64,000 nucleotides of DNA from Candidatus Pacearchaeota archaeon (GCA_018303825.1 JAGVXK010000018.1:17028-81027), one strand, 5' to 3'. Shown: positions 27,748 to 36,970, counted from the stretch's first letter. Program-made: numbers and translations. Notes: generated by a model not told the origin, from the sequence alone.

Positions 27748-28439
27748 AAACAGGGGATTTAGTTTTGTGCACTGTTGCAAAAATAGAAGGTACAACTGTA
27801 TTTGTAAATGTAGAAGAAGAAAATATGCAGGGAACCATTGTCTTTTCTGAAATAGCTGCAGGAAGAATTAGAAACATAAGAGAATATGCAGTTCCAAACA
27901 AAAAAATAGTTTGCAAGGTTCTAAAAATATATCCGGATCATACTGAACTCACTTATAGGAGGGTAACTGGAAGCGAAAGAGAGGCAATTATGGAAAAGCA
28001 CAAGCAGGAGCAGACTTTCAAGACAATGTTAAAACAAGTCACCAAAACTCCAGAATCAATAATAACAAAGATAAAAGAAAATTACACAATTCAGGATTTT
28101 CTAGCAAAAGTAAAGGAAGACATTAAATTAATCGAACAATTCTTCAAAAAAGAAGAGTCTCTTATTCTTTCAAAAATGCTCACTGACAAAAAAGAAAAGC
28201 CGAAAGAAGCAAAGAAAAAATTTATATTAAGATCTGATTCAGATTCTGGAGTAAATGATATAAAATCAATTTTGAATGTAAAAGATGTAAAAATTTCCTA
28301 CCTTGGCTCCTCGCAATTCGCAATTTCATGCATCGGCAGGGATTTCAAGGAAGCCAATCAAAAGCTAGACAAAGCGATAGAAGAAATAAAAGCAAAAGCC
28401 AAGGACAAAAAAGCCTTTTTTGAATTGAAAGAAAAATGA
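27738..28439 (+). CDS. eif2a: Translation initiation factor 2 subunit alpha
   Basis: N-terminal S1 domain GDLVLCTV..FSEIAAGRIRNI; C-terminal YLGSSQF..DFKEA; follows rps27e. Confidence 0.9.
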   Translation: MALKTGDLVLCTVAKIEGTTVFVNVEEENMQGTIVFSEIAAGRIRNIREYAVPNKKIVCKVLKIYPDHTELTYRRVTGSEREAIMEKHKQEQTFKTMLKQVTKTPESIITKIKENYTIQDFLAKVKEDIKLIEQFFKKEESLILSKMLTDKKEKPKEAKKKFILRSDSDSGVNDIKSILNVKDVKISYLGSSQFAISCIGRDFKEANQKLDKAIEEIKAKAKDKKAFFELKEK

Positions 28440-28458
28440 TAATTAAATAAAATCAAAG

Positions 28459-28593
28459 ATGAATCTAAAATTCTACATCAATAAAGAAGGCGGGAAAGTT
28501 TACACATTAAAAGAATCAATAGAAGGCAAGAAAACAGAAGACGCACATTATAAATTTATTAAAATAAAATCCTTGAAGGAATTCAAATCTTAA
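28459..28593 (+). CDS. nop10: Degenerate Nop10-like protein, 44 aa (not in ORF track)
   Basis: KVYTLKE..GKKTEDAHYKF; syntenic after eif2a; no Zn-ribbon Cys. Confidence 0.6.
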   Translation: MNLKFYINKEGGKVYTLKESIEGKKTEDAHYKFIKIKSLKEFKS

Positions 28594-29180
28594 ATTAAAC
28601 TCTTTTGAGCAATTTCTTTTTTGACAATTTCCATATCCTTGTCCCATTCAGCAATCAAAGTTCTATTGTATATAATTGCTGCAGGATGAAATAAAGGTAT
28701 TAATTTTATCTTCAAGCCAAGAAAATCAAGAATCTTCACTTTCCCATGAACACTTGTAATCCCTAGTTGAGAATCCATCTTGTCAACCTCGCCATTCGCA
28801 AGAAAAAATTTAGTAGCATAATTTCCCAAAGAACATATTACTTTTGGCTTCATCTCCTTTATCTGTTTGATAAGCCAGGGAGTATGCGCCTTTATCTCAT
28901 CAATCAAAGGATTTCTGTTTTCAGGAGGGCGGCACTTCAATATATTTGTAATATAAATATCATTCAAAGAAAGACCTACTTCCTCAAGTAATTTATCAAG
29001 ATTTTTTCCGGCAACGCCGATAAAAGGCAGCCCTTGCTCATCTTCATTCCTTCCAGGGGCCTCCCCAATGAAAAGAATTTCTGCTTTCTCATTCCCTTTT
29101 CCTATAACAACATTCTTGCAATTCTTGCATATTTCAGTTGCCTTTGCAAGAGCAATTGGATCAATTCCGCTGTCTTCCAT
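28590..29180 (-). CDS. udg: Uracil-DNA glycosylase, family 4
   Basis: GEAPGRNEDEQGLPFIG, TNILKCRPPENRNP, FHPAA. Confidence 0.93.
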   Translation of the reverse strand: MEDSGIDPIALAKATEICKNCKNVVIGKGNEKAEILFIGEAPGRNEDEQGLPFIGVAGKNLDKLLEEVGLSLNDIYITNILKCRPPENRNPLIDEIKAHTPWLIKQIKEMKPKVICSLGNYATKFFLANGEVDKMDSQLGITSVHGKVKILDFLGLKIKLIPLFHPAAIIYNRTLIAEWDKDMEIVKKEIAQKSLI

Positions 29181-29214
29181 CCAAATTCTATAAATAAGAT
29201 ATTAATAAAATTTG

Positions 29215-29421
29215 CTATCTCACAACATTAGAACTTTCCCCTATTTTTCCCTTTTCTCTGTAGGGATTTCCCAATCTTCGCGAAGCTTCAAGAATACCAT
29301 AATAATTTTTAATATTGATTCCAGGACAAGTTCTCCGTATAGCTTCATGAACTGTAAACTCCTTATTGAAGTCGTATTCGACAGCTTCCAATTCTTTCTC
29401 GACACTGATAATCCTTGTCAT
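29215..29421 (-). CDS. Hypothetical protein
   Basis: 68-aa ORF without a recognised motif. Confidence 0.4.
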   Translation of the reverse strand: MTRIISVEKELEAVEYDFNKEFTVHEAIRRTCPGINIKNYYGILEASRRLGNPYREKGKIGESSNVVR

Positions 29422-29458
29422 TCAATTTCAGAAATATACTGGTATATAAAATATTATC

Positions 29459-29498
29459 GTGACATCCTCCTAGCCCTAAACGGCTAGGAGGATGTCAC
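29459..29498. repeat. Perfect 17-bp inverted repeat, IS200/IS605-end-like palindrome
   Basis: GTGACATCCTCCTAGCC-CTAAAC-GGCTAGGAGGATGTCAC. Confidence 0.8.
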
Positions 29499-29583
29499 TT
29501 AACATATTTAATCGCTAATTTATTCCTTGCTCTGCAACAGACGTTTTAGATATCTTTAAGAACTTTGTTTTTGATTTTATTTT

Positions 29584-29931
29584 ATGATTGTTGGGTATTT
29601 TGACAGAGATTTTTTTTACAGATTAGGCAATAAACACCCTGTGGTGAGGTTAAAGGCATTTGAGTTAAAAGACAGAATACCTTTTATGGTTGCTGAAGGA
29701 AGGTTTTATCGTTTTAGAACTAAAGATGAGCTAATGGAAACTGCTGTAGGGTTAAAGGCTAATGTAATTGCTTCGGGAGCAGGGGGAGATGTTGGGAGCT
29801 ATTTTTATTTCTTTAAAAAAGAAGGTATAATTGGGGCTGAAGATGATGAGGGGTCTCTTGATGCGCTTCTTGATGGAGCAGGAAGGCCAGGACTGAAGAA
29901 AGTTGTTGCTGGAAATGTGGTTCTTATTTGA
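29584..29931 (+). CDS. Hypothetical protein
   Basis: 115-aa ORF filling the gap before ftsY. Confidence 0.5.
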   Translation: MIVGYFDRDFFYRLGNKHPVVRLKAFELKDRIPFMVAEGRFYRFRTKDELMETAVGLKANVIASGAGGDVGSYFYFFKKEGIIGAEDDEGSLDALLDGAGRPGLKKVVAGNVVLI

Positions 29932-29955
29932 TTAAATGTTCATGAAGAATTGATA

Positions 29956-31266
29956 TCACAATCCTAGTTTTTCCAATACCTTCCTTGGATTAAATATTTC
30001 CAAATCATCATAGCCTTGTCCGATACCCAAGTAATATATTGGTTTTTTGGTAACATAGCTAACAGAAAGTATGGCTCCGCCTTTTTCATCAATGTCACTC
30101 TTTGTCAAGATCGAACCATCAATACCAATAGCGTCGTTAAAAGTTTGCGATTGGGAGATAACGTCATTTCCAGTAATTGATTCACCGACAAAAATCTTGA
30201 GGTCTGGTTTGGAGACTCGGACAATCTTTTCCATTTCTTTGAGAAGATTTGTTTTGGTATACATCCTTCCAGCAGTATCTATCAGCACCACATCAACTTT
30301 ATGTTGTTTAGCATACTTTATTGTGTCAAATGCGACTGATGCTGGATCACCCCCATAATCATGCATTATAATTGGGACATTTATTTTTTCAGCATGTGTC
30401 TTTAATTGCTCTATTGATGCTGCTCTGAATGTATCCCCTGCTGCAAGAACAGAAGAGATACCATCTTTCTTTAGTTTATGCGCTAATTTTGCTATGCTTG
30501 TTGTTTTGCCTGAGCCATTGATACCGAAAAAGAGGATTACATATGGCTCATTATTCTTATTTTTTTCTTTTATTTGCTCAATTAGATTTGGAGGTTCAAT
30601 TAAAACTGATAGGATTGCATCTTTAAGAGATTGGACTATTGTTTCTTGGATTTTATTTTTCTTTATTTCCTTATTTACCAAGGATGCTCTTAATGATTCA
30701 CGGATTTTGTCTACTGCTTCTAAGGCGGTGTTGTTCTCTAATAAGGTTATTTCAAGGTCTTGGAAGGCGTCATCAAAGTCTTCTTCTTTTAACTTTGAAG
30801 TTGAAAGTTTGTTCGCTAATTTTGTGAAGAAATTTTCTTTCTTTTCGATATCTGTTATAATGATTTGCTCTTCTTTTTCTCCCTTTTTCTTTTTGCCGAA
30901 AGACCACCATGATTTCTTTTTTTCTCCTTTTTCTTGTTCCTCTTTTTGTTCTAGTTCTATATTTTCCTCTTCTATTTTTGTCTCTGCCTCTTCTTGCTTT
31001 ATTTCTTCTATTGCTGCCTGAACTTTGACATCTGGGGATGTTGTGTCTATGCCTTCTTGTTTAATATCTTGCATGACTTTTTCTGTTGTTTCCCTTTCTT
31101 GTGTTATTTCTTCGATAGACTTTTCTTTTTTAACGTGCTTTTGTCTGACTTGTTTTTTAGCCTTGGCTGGCTTTGCCTTTTTTTCCTTCTCTTTCTTCGT
31201 TTTTTTTGGTTTTTCTTCTTCTTTTGCAAGCCAAGAAGAGAACTTTTTCTTTAAAGATTCAAACAT
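29956..31266 (-). CDS. ftsY: SRP receptor FtsY
   Basis: K/E-rich N-terminus; GINGSGKTT, GDTFRAA, DTAGR, TKSD, GQGYDDL. Confidence 0.97.
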   Translation of the reverse strand: MFESLKKKFSSWLAKEEEKPKKTKKEKEKKAKPAKAKKQVRQKHVKKEKSIEEITQERETTEKVMQDIKQEGIDTTSPDVKVQAAIEEIKQEEAETKIEEENIELEQKEEQEKGEKKKSWWSFGKKKKGEKEEQIIITDIEKKENFFTKLANKLSTSKLKEEDFDDAFQDLEITLLENNTALEAVDKIRESLRASLVNKEIKKNKIQETIVQSLKDAILSVLIEPPNLIEQIKEKNKNNEPYVILFFGINGSGKTTSIAKLAHKLKKDGISSVLAAGDTFRAASIEQLKTHAEKINVPIIMHDYGGDPASVAFDTIKYAKQHKVDVVLIDTAGRMYTKTNLLKEMEKIVRVSKPDLKIFVGESITGNDVISQSQTFNDAIGIDGSILTKSDIDEKGGAILSVSYVTKKPIYYLGIGQGYDDLEIFNPRKVLEKLGL

Positions 31267-31317
31267 AATTATTGTAGAAATATCAAGGTTATAAAGGTTA
31301 TTTTTGGGCTTGTTTGA

Positions 31318-31893
31318 TCAGACTCTTAGATTGTATACAAAGACTTTGTCATAAGGGATAAACCAGCTTGTTGTTTCTCTTATTGAAGATTTTTCCATTA
31401 TTTTTCTGAATAATCTAATCGAATTACCATGAGCTGAGATGGCTACATTAATTTTGTTTTTTTTCATATATATTTTTAGGAATTTTATGAATGATGCAAC
31501 ACGGGTTTCTACCATTGCGAAAGATTCTCCTTTGGGTGGCGGAACATAGAATGAGCGATGCCATATTTCAAATTGTTCATTTCCATATTTTTTTATAATT
31601 TTATCATGAGAAAGCCCCTGTAATTTACCATAACCTCTTTCAATCATCCTGTCGTCTTTGATGAGAGTTTTGCATTCAGGATGATATTTAAGAACTTTTT
31701 TGAGGGTTTGCTTTGACCTTTTTAATCTTGTATAAAACGCAACTTGGAATTTCCTATTTTTTAATATTTTTGCTATCTTTTGCGCTTGTTTTTTTCCTAA
31801 ATTGGTTAAACCAGGATTGTGAAAGCCGGTAAATTTTTTATCTCTGTTGTATGTTGTCTGCCCGTGCCTAAATAGATATATTTTAAGATTCAT
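31318..31893 (-). CDS. Histidine phosphatase (phosphoglycerate mutase family)
   Basis: RHGQT, ERGYG, PPKGES, SAHGNSIR; start taken at MNLKIY. Confidence 0.9.
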   Translation of the reverse strand: MNLKIYLFRHGQTTYNRDKKFTGFHNPGLTNLGKKQAQKIAKILKNRKFQVAFYTRLKRSKQTLKKVLKYHPECKTLIKDDRMIERGYGKLQGLSHDKIIKKYGNEQFEIWHRSFYVPPPKGESFAMVETRVASFIKFLKIYMKKNKINVAISAHGNSIRLFRKIMEKSSIRETTSWFIPYDKVFVYNLRV

Positions 31894-31995
31894 ATTGTTC
31901 CCTTTTAATTGGATAATCTTTTGGGATATATAATAGTTATGATTAGTTTTTTGGAGAATAATCATTTTTATAAACTACTTTTGTGCTGTATTTTT

Positions 31996-32553
31996 ATGCT
32001 AGGCTATAATGATTTGTATGAAATATTAAGAAAAGAGAAATATTCCGAGGTTCTGCAGCAATTGCCGAAAGATTTTGTTGGCGATTTTTCTGAATATGTA
32101 ACAGATAAAATACGCGAATCTAATAAAGAAGATGATTTATTTCAGGAGAACGTTATAAAGAGCAAGAAACAGCTTGAGAATTCGGTTGCTATTTTTAAGG
32201 AACTTATGAGGTTAAGGAAGAGAAAAATTCTTAGCTTGGTTTTTGTCGCTACAGAGACCGGAATAATGAAAAGAGATTATGAAAATATGCTTCAGACAGA
32301 AAGAGAAATTTTTGATAAGTTAGTTAAGGCATTTGAAGATGGAGATAAAGAGATGAATTCTATTTTAAACGGGAGAAAGAAACATGAGGAAAAAAACAGG
32401 ATGATAATGTTCATCAATGATGTTGAGCAGTTTGTTGACTTAAACGGAAAAGTTATGGGGCCCTTTAGCGCCGGGGAGCTTGTTAACTTGGAATCAGAGG
32501 TTGCAGATATATTTGTGCAGAGCGGGAAAGCAAGTTTTGTTGATGAAGCGTAA
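31996..32553 (+). CDS. gins: GINS complex subunit (Gins51/GINS15-like)
   Basis: YNDLYEILRKEK..LQQLPKDF..RLRKRKI; C-terminal B-domain GPFSAGELVNL. Confidence 0.82.
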   Translation: MLGYNDLYEILRKEKYSEVLQQLPKDFVGDFSEYVTDKIRESNKEDDLFQENVIKSKKQLENSVAIFKELMRLRKRKILSLVFVATETGIMKRDYENMLQTEREIFDKLVKAFEDGDKEMNSILNGRKKHEEKNRMIMFINDVEQFVDLNGKVMGPFSAGELVNLESEVADIFVQSGKASFVDEA

Positions 32554-32589
32554 TCAATAAGTAAGGTTTTTATAGGGGTTTTTCTTCAA

Positions 32590-32922
32590 TTGTCTATGGC
32601 AAAAAGAGCTGGTAAAAAAGAAGATGACTCTAAGCTGTATGCTTTTCTAAGTATTTTATTGACTGTAATAGGATTTATTATTGCATATGCTGTCAAGAAG
32701 AATGACAAATATGTAATGTTTTATGCTAAACAAGGGCTTGTACTTTTTATAGGTTCAGTTATTATTTGGGTTGTATCTATGATTCCGATTATTATGTTTA
32801 TCGCCTGGATTGCCTGGATAGGATGGCTTGTTTTGTGGATAATTGGAATAGTATATTCTTTGAGTGGGGAAATGAAAGATATTCCTATCGTTGGAGTTTA
32901 CGCTGATAAGTTTAATTTCTGA
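32590..32922 (+). CDS. DUF4870-like membrane protein
   Basis: FYAKQGL..GIVYSLSGEMKDIPIVG. Confidence 0.8.
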   Translation: MSMAKRAGKKEDDSKLYAFLSILLTVIGFIIAYAVKKNDKYVMFYAKQGLVLFIGSVIIWVVSMIPIIMFIAWIAWIGWLVLWIIGIVYSLSGEMKDIPIVGVYADKFNF

Positions 32923-33490
32923 GAATCCATAGATTTCTTTGTCTGTATTCTCTTTGAATGATTTTAAAGTGTCTTTGGTTTTCTAGGACTTTTTTGGCTT
33001 TTTTAAATTTCTTTAGTTTTGTTTCCTATCGTTGCTTATCAAATTCTTTGGAATTTATGTTCAGTCTTGGATCTCGATAGTTTAGGGGCTTTAATGATGG
33101 TTCCAAAATTATGATTAAGCTGTCTTTTTTTGAAATTCTTATCAACTCTTCAAGGGCTATATTGTGGTCTTTTACAAAGTGCCAAGAAAATGAATAGAAT
33201 ATTATATCAAATTTCTTGTCAAAAGGGATTTTTTCAGCTTTTCCTACTTTGAATTTAACATTAGGTATTTTTATCTTTTTTGCAAGCGAAATATATTCTT
33301 TGTCTAGATCTATACCATAATACTGTTTCACAAAGGGAGACAATAAGACTGCAAATCTGCCGTTTCCGCAACCAATATCTAAAAAGTTGCATTGGGGCAA
33401 GTTCTTATATTTACTCATTATTTTAATTAAATGGTTTCTAAGAATAATGTTGTTCTTATCAAGTTTTGTCGAAAAAAGAATATTGTTCAT
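32912..33490 (-). pseudogene. Class I SAM-dependent methyltransferase with in-frame TAG at 33026-33028
   Basis: LDIGCGNG, GIDLD, GKAEKIPF; frame stays open for 37 codons past the TAG. Confidence 0.7.
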
Positions 33491-33592
33491 ATAAAAGCCT
33501 CTAACAGGCTGAGAACTTTTTCTAAATCCCCTTATGGGATTTGAACTCACGTTCTTTTACAAGTATAGTTTTATTTATGTTTTCCTCTTTAT

Positions 33593-33823
33593 TTACTTTG
33601 CTATTTTGTAGTGTTTAGGTTTTTGCCCTCTTTCTGAGCGATCCGTATTAACATATTGTGCGTAAGCTCTTCTTCTTAGTTGTGGCATGGTATGCCCTTT
33701 CCTGTGGGCAATTTCCTGCAGATCTGCTACTAGTTCACTATCAACATCAATACATTTTTTTGAGAATAGTTTCCATAGATCTGACTCTATAAAGAAACTA
33801 ACCTGCCTCTTTGGTACTGCCAT
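33593..33823 (-). CDS. Ribbon-helix-helix-like small protein (possibly a fragment)
   Basis: KRQVSFFIESDLWKLFSKKC, an RHH beta-strand/helix pattern. Confidence 0.45.
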   Translation of the reverse strand: MAVPKRQVSFFIESDLWKLFSKKCIDVDSELVADLQEIAHRKGHTMPQLRRRAYAQYVNTDRSERGQKPKHYKIAK

Positions 33824-33895
33824 GTAGTTATCTACAAATCTTTATATATAAGTAAATACTAGAAACCTACATATCTACATTAGTAGAGAGGTACC

Positions 33896-34675
33896 ATGAC
33901 TAAATTAAGTTACGAGAAAAATATTCACGAAGATTACTATGTTAGAGAAAATATGGGGCAAGCTATAAGATACAAATGGTTTGCTGATAAATATTTTAAT
34001 AATACTAAAGGTAAAAAGATTCTTGAAATAGGATGTGGTGACGGTGGTGTTGTTCAATTTCTAAAAAAAGATAATGATATCTATGCAGCAGATATATCAA
34101 AAAAAGGAGTTGAATTTCTAAAGAGAAAAGGAATAAAAGCTTATTTAGTAGATATTAGTGAAGAAAAACTACCTTTTGAAGATGGTAAATTCGATTGCGT
34201 AATAATTTTAGAAACTTTAGAACATCTAAAGTCGCCTCAATTTGCGATAGAAGAAATACAAAGAGTGTTAAAAAGAAATGGTATGATGATCGCTTCAACA
34301 CCGAATCCCAGAACAACGCATAAACTTATGTATCCGTCATTATTTAGGTTTAGAAATTTTAGAAATTATCTTGAGAATAATAGATTTTATATAAAAGAAA
34401 CAACAACTTATGGCATATGTCCCCCATTTTGGAAGTATTTGAGGTCTACTGTTGAAAAGAAATATCTTAAAGATAAATCTAAATTAGTAAGTAAAGATGA
34501 CAGCAATGTGACGATTTTATCTAAGTTAGCAAGGTTATTATCTAGTGATTTTTTCGGGATGATAAAACCAAAAATTTATGGATGGAGCTTTATTTTTGTT
34601 TGTATTAACATTAATCCTATGGGTGCTAAGGCACTGTATACTGAAATTGCAAATGAAACAAAAAAGGCTTATTGA
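33896..34675 (+). CDS. Class I SAM-dependent methyltransferase
   Basis: ILEIGCGDG, AADIS, LPFEDGKFDCV, LEHL, IASTPN. Confidence 0.9.
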   Translation: MTKLSYEKNIHEDYYVRENMGQAIRYKWFADKYFNNTKGKKILEIGCGDGGVVQFLKKDNDIYAADISKKGVEFLKRKGIKAYLVDISEEKLPFEDGKFDCVIILETLEHLKSPQFAIEEIQRVLKRNGMMIASTPNPRTTHKLMYPSLFRFRNFRNYLENNRFYIKETTTYGICPPFWKYLRSTVEKKYLKDKSKLVSKDDSNVTILSKLARLLSSDFFGMIKPKIYGWSFIFVCININPMGAKALYTEIANETKKAY

Positions 34676-34742
34676 TTAATCTTTAATGTAATTATAAACC
34701 TCAATTTCTCTTCTAAAAATAAGAACGAAAGGTTTTTAAGAT

Positions 34743-35039
34743 TTAGTTATGTATGATAGTTATATACTCCCCAGTATTGCTTCGGTAAGACTGGGCTTTT
34801 AATACTCTTTCTTTTATATCTATTAATTGTAAAATAAAACCTTTATGATATCTGTCATGAAAATATTTCATAGAAATTGCTTGATTAATGAACTGTGAAC
34901 GGATCTTTCCATTCTTCAAGCTTCTAAGATATCCTAAAGTCTCGCCATCCAAGCTGCACCTAAAACTTATTGTTGGTTGTAGTCTCATGCTGTTGGGCTT
35001 TTCCCTTTTTCTTCTGCCTCTGTATGCGTCTCTAAACAT
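34743..35039 (-). CDS. Hypothetical protein, RHH-like segment
   Basis: TISFRCSLDGETLGYL..RSQFINQAI. Confidence 0.4.
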   Translation of the reverse strand: MFRDAYRGRRKREKPNSMRLQPTISFRCSLDGETLGYLRSLKNGKIRSQFINQAISMKYFHDRYHKGFILQLIDIKERVLKAQSYRSNTGEYITIIHN

Positions 35040-35190
35040 TGTATTACACTGCTCCCCTTTCAGAAGTTACTTTTTTCTGCAATGAATTTTTTTCTTTGAT
35101 TTTCATTGTTTTTCGTTCTTTAACGTTCATTTTTTATCGTTCTCTTGAATAGGACTAGAATTCTATTCCAATCCTAAAAAAAGAAGAAAA

Positions 35191-35433
35191 CTACAAGTCA
35201 AATCTCCCCTGCGTAATATGAGAACTCATTCCAGTCCTAAACTTGCAAGCAGCCCACAAGTCCTTTAGCAGTTGCTGCTTCGGACTGAAGCTTATGCAAG
35301 GAAGTCGAGAAACCCCTTCTTTCTTACATTTAATTAAATATGAAGAATTATCGTCTTTACAGACAGGGCAAATTGTAACTCCAATTATGCACCCGTATTT
35401 TCTGCACTTTATTATTGATCTGCTCTTTTGCAT
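35191..35433 (-). CDS. Hypothetical Cys-containing protein
   Basis: 80 aa with CRKYGC..CPVC. Confidence 0.35.
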   Translation of the reverse strand: MQKSRSIIKCRKYGCIIGVTICPVCKDDNSSYLIKCKKEGVSRLPCISFSPKQQLLKDLWAACKFRTGMSSHITQGRFDL

Positions 35434-35497
35434 TTAGCCTCTTTTTGCAAAAGAACATATAGTTCACATCCCACTTTGGGTTTTAGAAATTTCTCAA

Positions 35498-35588
35498 AGC
35501 CTCCAGAGGGGATTGAACCCTCGACCCTCAGTTCGTTTGGTCTTTGCGGACGTACAAAACTGATGCTCTACCACTGAGCTATGGAGGC
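35498..35588 (-). tRNA. tRNA-Thr(TGT) with 19-nt intron at 37/38
   Basis: GCCTCCA/TGGAGGC acceptor; TCAGT-TTTGTA[CGTCCGCAAAGACCAAACG]A-ACTGA forms a bulge-helix-bulge. Confidence 0.9.
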
Positions 35589-35671
35589 ATAATAGAACCT
35601 TAGTTCTATTATTTCTATAAAAGGCAAACGGTTAAAAAGCTTTTGTTTCTCTTAATTTTGCAGTTTATCAT

Positions 35672-35742
35672 GGCCTTATGGTTCAGTGGCAAAACACCTC
35701 TTTGACGTGGAGGGGTCCGCGGTTCGATTCCGCGTAAGGCCA
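35672..35742 (+). tRNA. tRNA-Val(GAC)
   Basis: GGCCTTA/TAAGGCC; CCTCT-TTGACGT-GGAGG. Confidence 0.92.
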
Positions 35743-35847
35743 TTTATTCTCTTTTTTCCTTTTTTGTTTTGTTATCATTCTAAAGTATATAATAAGATTT
35801 ATATAATTGTAATATATAGTTTGCATTGTATATATCAGAGGATAATT

Positions 35848-36318
35848 ATGAGACTAATAGTTTTAATTCTTTTCTTGTCTTTGATTTTTATAGGCTCACT
35901 TGTTATTGTTAATGCAAATGATATTCTTACAGTGGAAGCGAATATTTTTGGTTTAGAACCTCCAAGAATAAGCGTAAATGTGCCCGATTATATTTTTGTA
36001 GGAAATGCTTCGAAAGAAACTGAAACAGATAAAGTAAGAGTCGATATTAATAATACTGGCAATGTGGCGATTGTAATCAGTCCGGAATTAGTCAATGAAA
36101 GTGATGAGATATTTAGTAATTTATATTTTGCAAGAAGGGCTGCTGATAGCTATAAGAGGATTGGAAGCTGGAGCATGAATGTATCTGCCCCAACTGCTGG
36201 AGGAGTTGAGTCTGATTATATGTACATGAAATTAGATCTTAGGAATTTTGATGGGAATATAACTGAAGACAGGATTGGGAAAAGGGCAGATGTAAGATTC
36301 ATTGCAACAGCACAATAA
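35848..36318 (+). CDS. Secreted beta-rich protein
   Basis: Signal peptide MRLIVLILFLSLIFIGSLVIVNA; beta-strand-like pattern with N-x-S/T sites. Confidence 0.72.
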   Translation: MRLIVLILFLSLIFIGSLVIVNANDILTVEANIFGLEPPRISVNVPDYIFVGNASKETETDKVRVDINNTGNVAIVISPELVNESDEIFSNLYFARRAADSYKRIGSWSMNVSAPTAGGVESDYMYMKLDLRNFDGNITEDRIGKRADVRFIATAQ

Positions 36319-36361
36319 ATAATATAAATTAGTAAATTGTGACTATTCAAAGGTTGATTCA

Positions 36362-36970
36362 ATGGGGGAAATTAAAAATATTAAATTGATATTTATTTCT
36401 TTATCAATTTTATTCTTCTTTTTATTGCTTTTTGAATATGTTGATGCATTTGAAATGAGCGTTTCTCCCCCTTCAATTGACTTTAGCTTGGGAATTGCTC
36501 AAAGAGAGTGTATGACAATTGATATTTCTCTTAGTAAGCCAGGATTTGTATATGTTGGTGATTATTGGAGCGAAGAAGATATAAAGGATTTAGACTTTTA
36601 TGTTTTTAATGCAAGGGAAATGAATCTTCTGCCTAATTACACTGAAAGGATGTTCATCAGCAGCAATAGAAGTGTTAATTTTTGTATTCTAGGAGCAGAA
36701 AATGGAATTTATCGCGGTGTTTTAACTGTTGAGCCAGAAAATAGAAATCTCAAAGTTGGAATCTGGCTGAATGTTAAGATTAGCACAGAGAAGGATAACA
36801 ATATTAGTGAGCAGAATTTTAAGAGTATAACTGGCAGTATAGTTAGTGGTGATAATAAATTGGATTTTGGCATCATTATGCTTTTCGGGATGATAATTGT
36901 GAATCTTCTTCTGCTTATTCTTTTGTTTTTATTGTTTAGGCTGAAGAAAAGAAGAATAGAAGAAGTGTAA
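36362..36970 (+). CDS. Secreted protein with C-terminal membrane anchor (Ig-like candidate)
   Basis: Signal peptide ..EYVDA|FEMSVSPPSI; C-terminal TM followed by KKRR. Confidence 0.72.
   Translation: MGEIKNIKLIFISLSILFFFLLLFEYVDAFEMSVSPPSIDFSLGIAQRECMTIDISLSKPGFVYVGDYWSEEDIKDLDFYVFNAREMNLLPNYTERMFISSNRSVNFCILGAENGIYRGVLTVEPENRNLKVGIWLNVKISTEKDNNISEQNFKSITGSIVSGDNKLDFGIIMLFGMIIVNLLLLILLFLLFRLKKRRIEEV

Noticed and set aside
30840-31266. Low-complexity K/E tract as a repeat element
   Set aside because: It is the ordinary charged N-terminal region of FtsY.
21963-33028. Stop-codon recoding as the explanation for in-frame stops
   Set aside because: The lesions use TAA, TGA and TAG and come with frameshifts; all three codons terminate core genes normally.
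33494-35503. 8-bp repeat AAAGCCTC as an att pair for tRNA-Thr
   Set aside because: Too short to exceed chance in AT-rich DNA.
35686-35847. N-terminal extension of ORF 35686-36318
   Set aside because: It runs through tRNA-Val(GAC); the signal peptide starts at ATG 35848.
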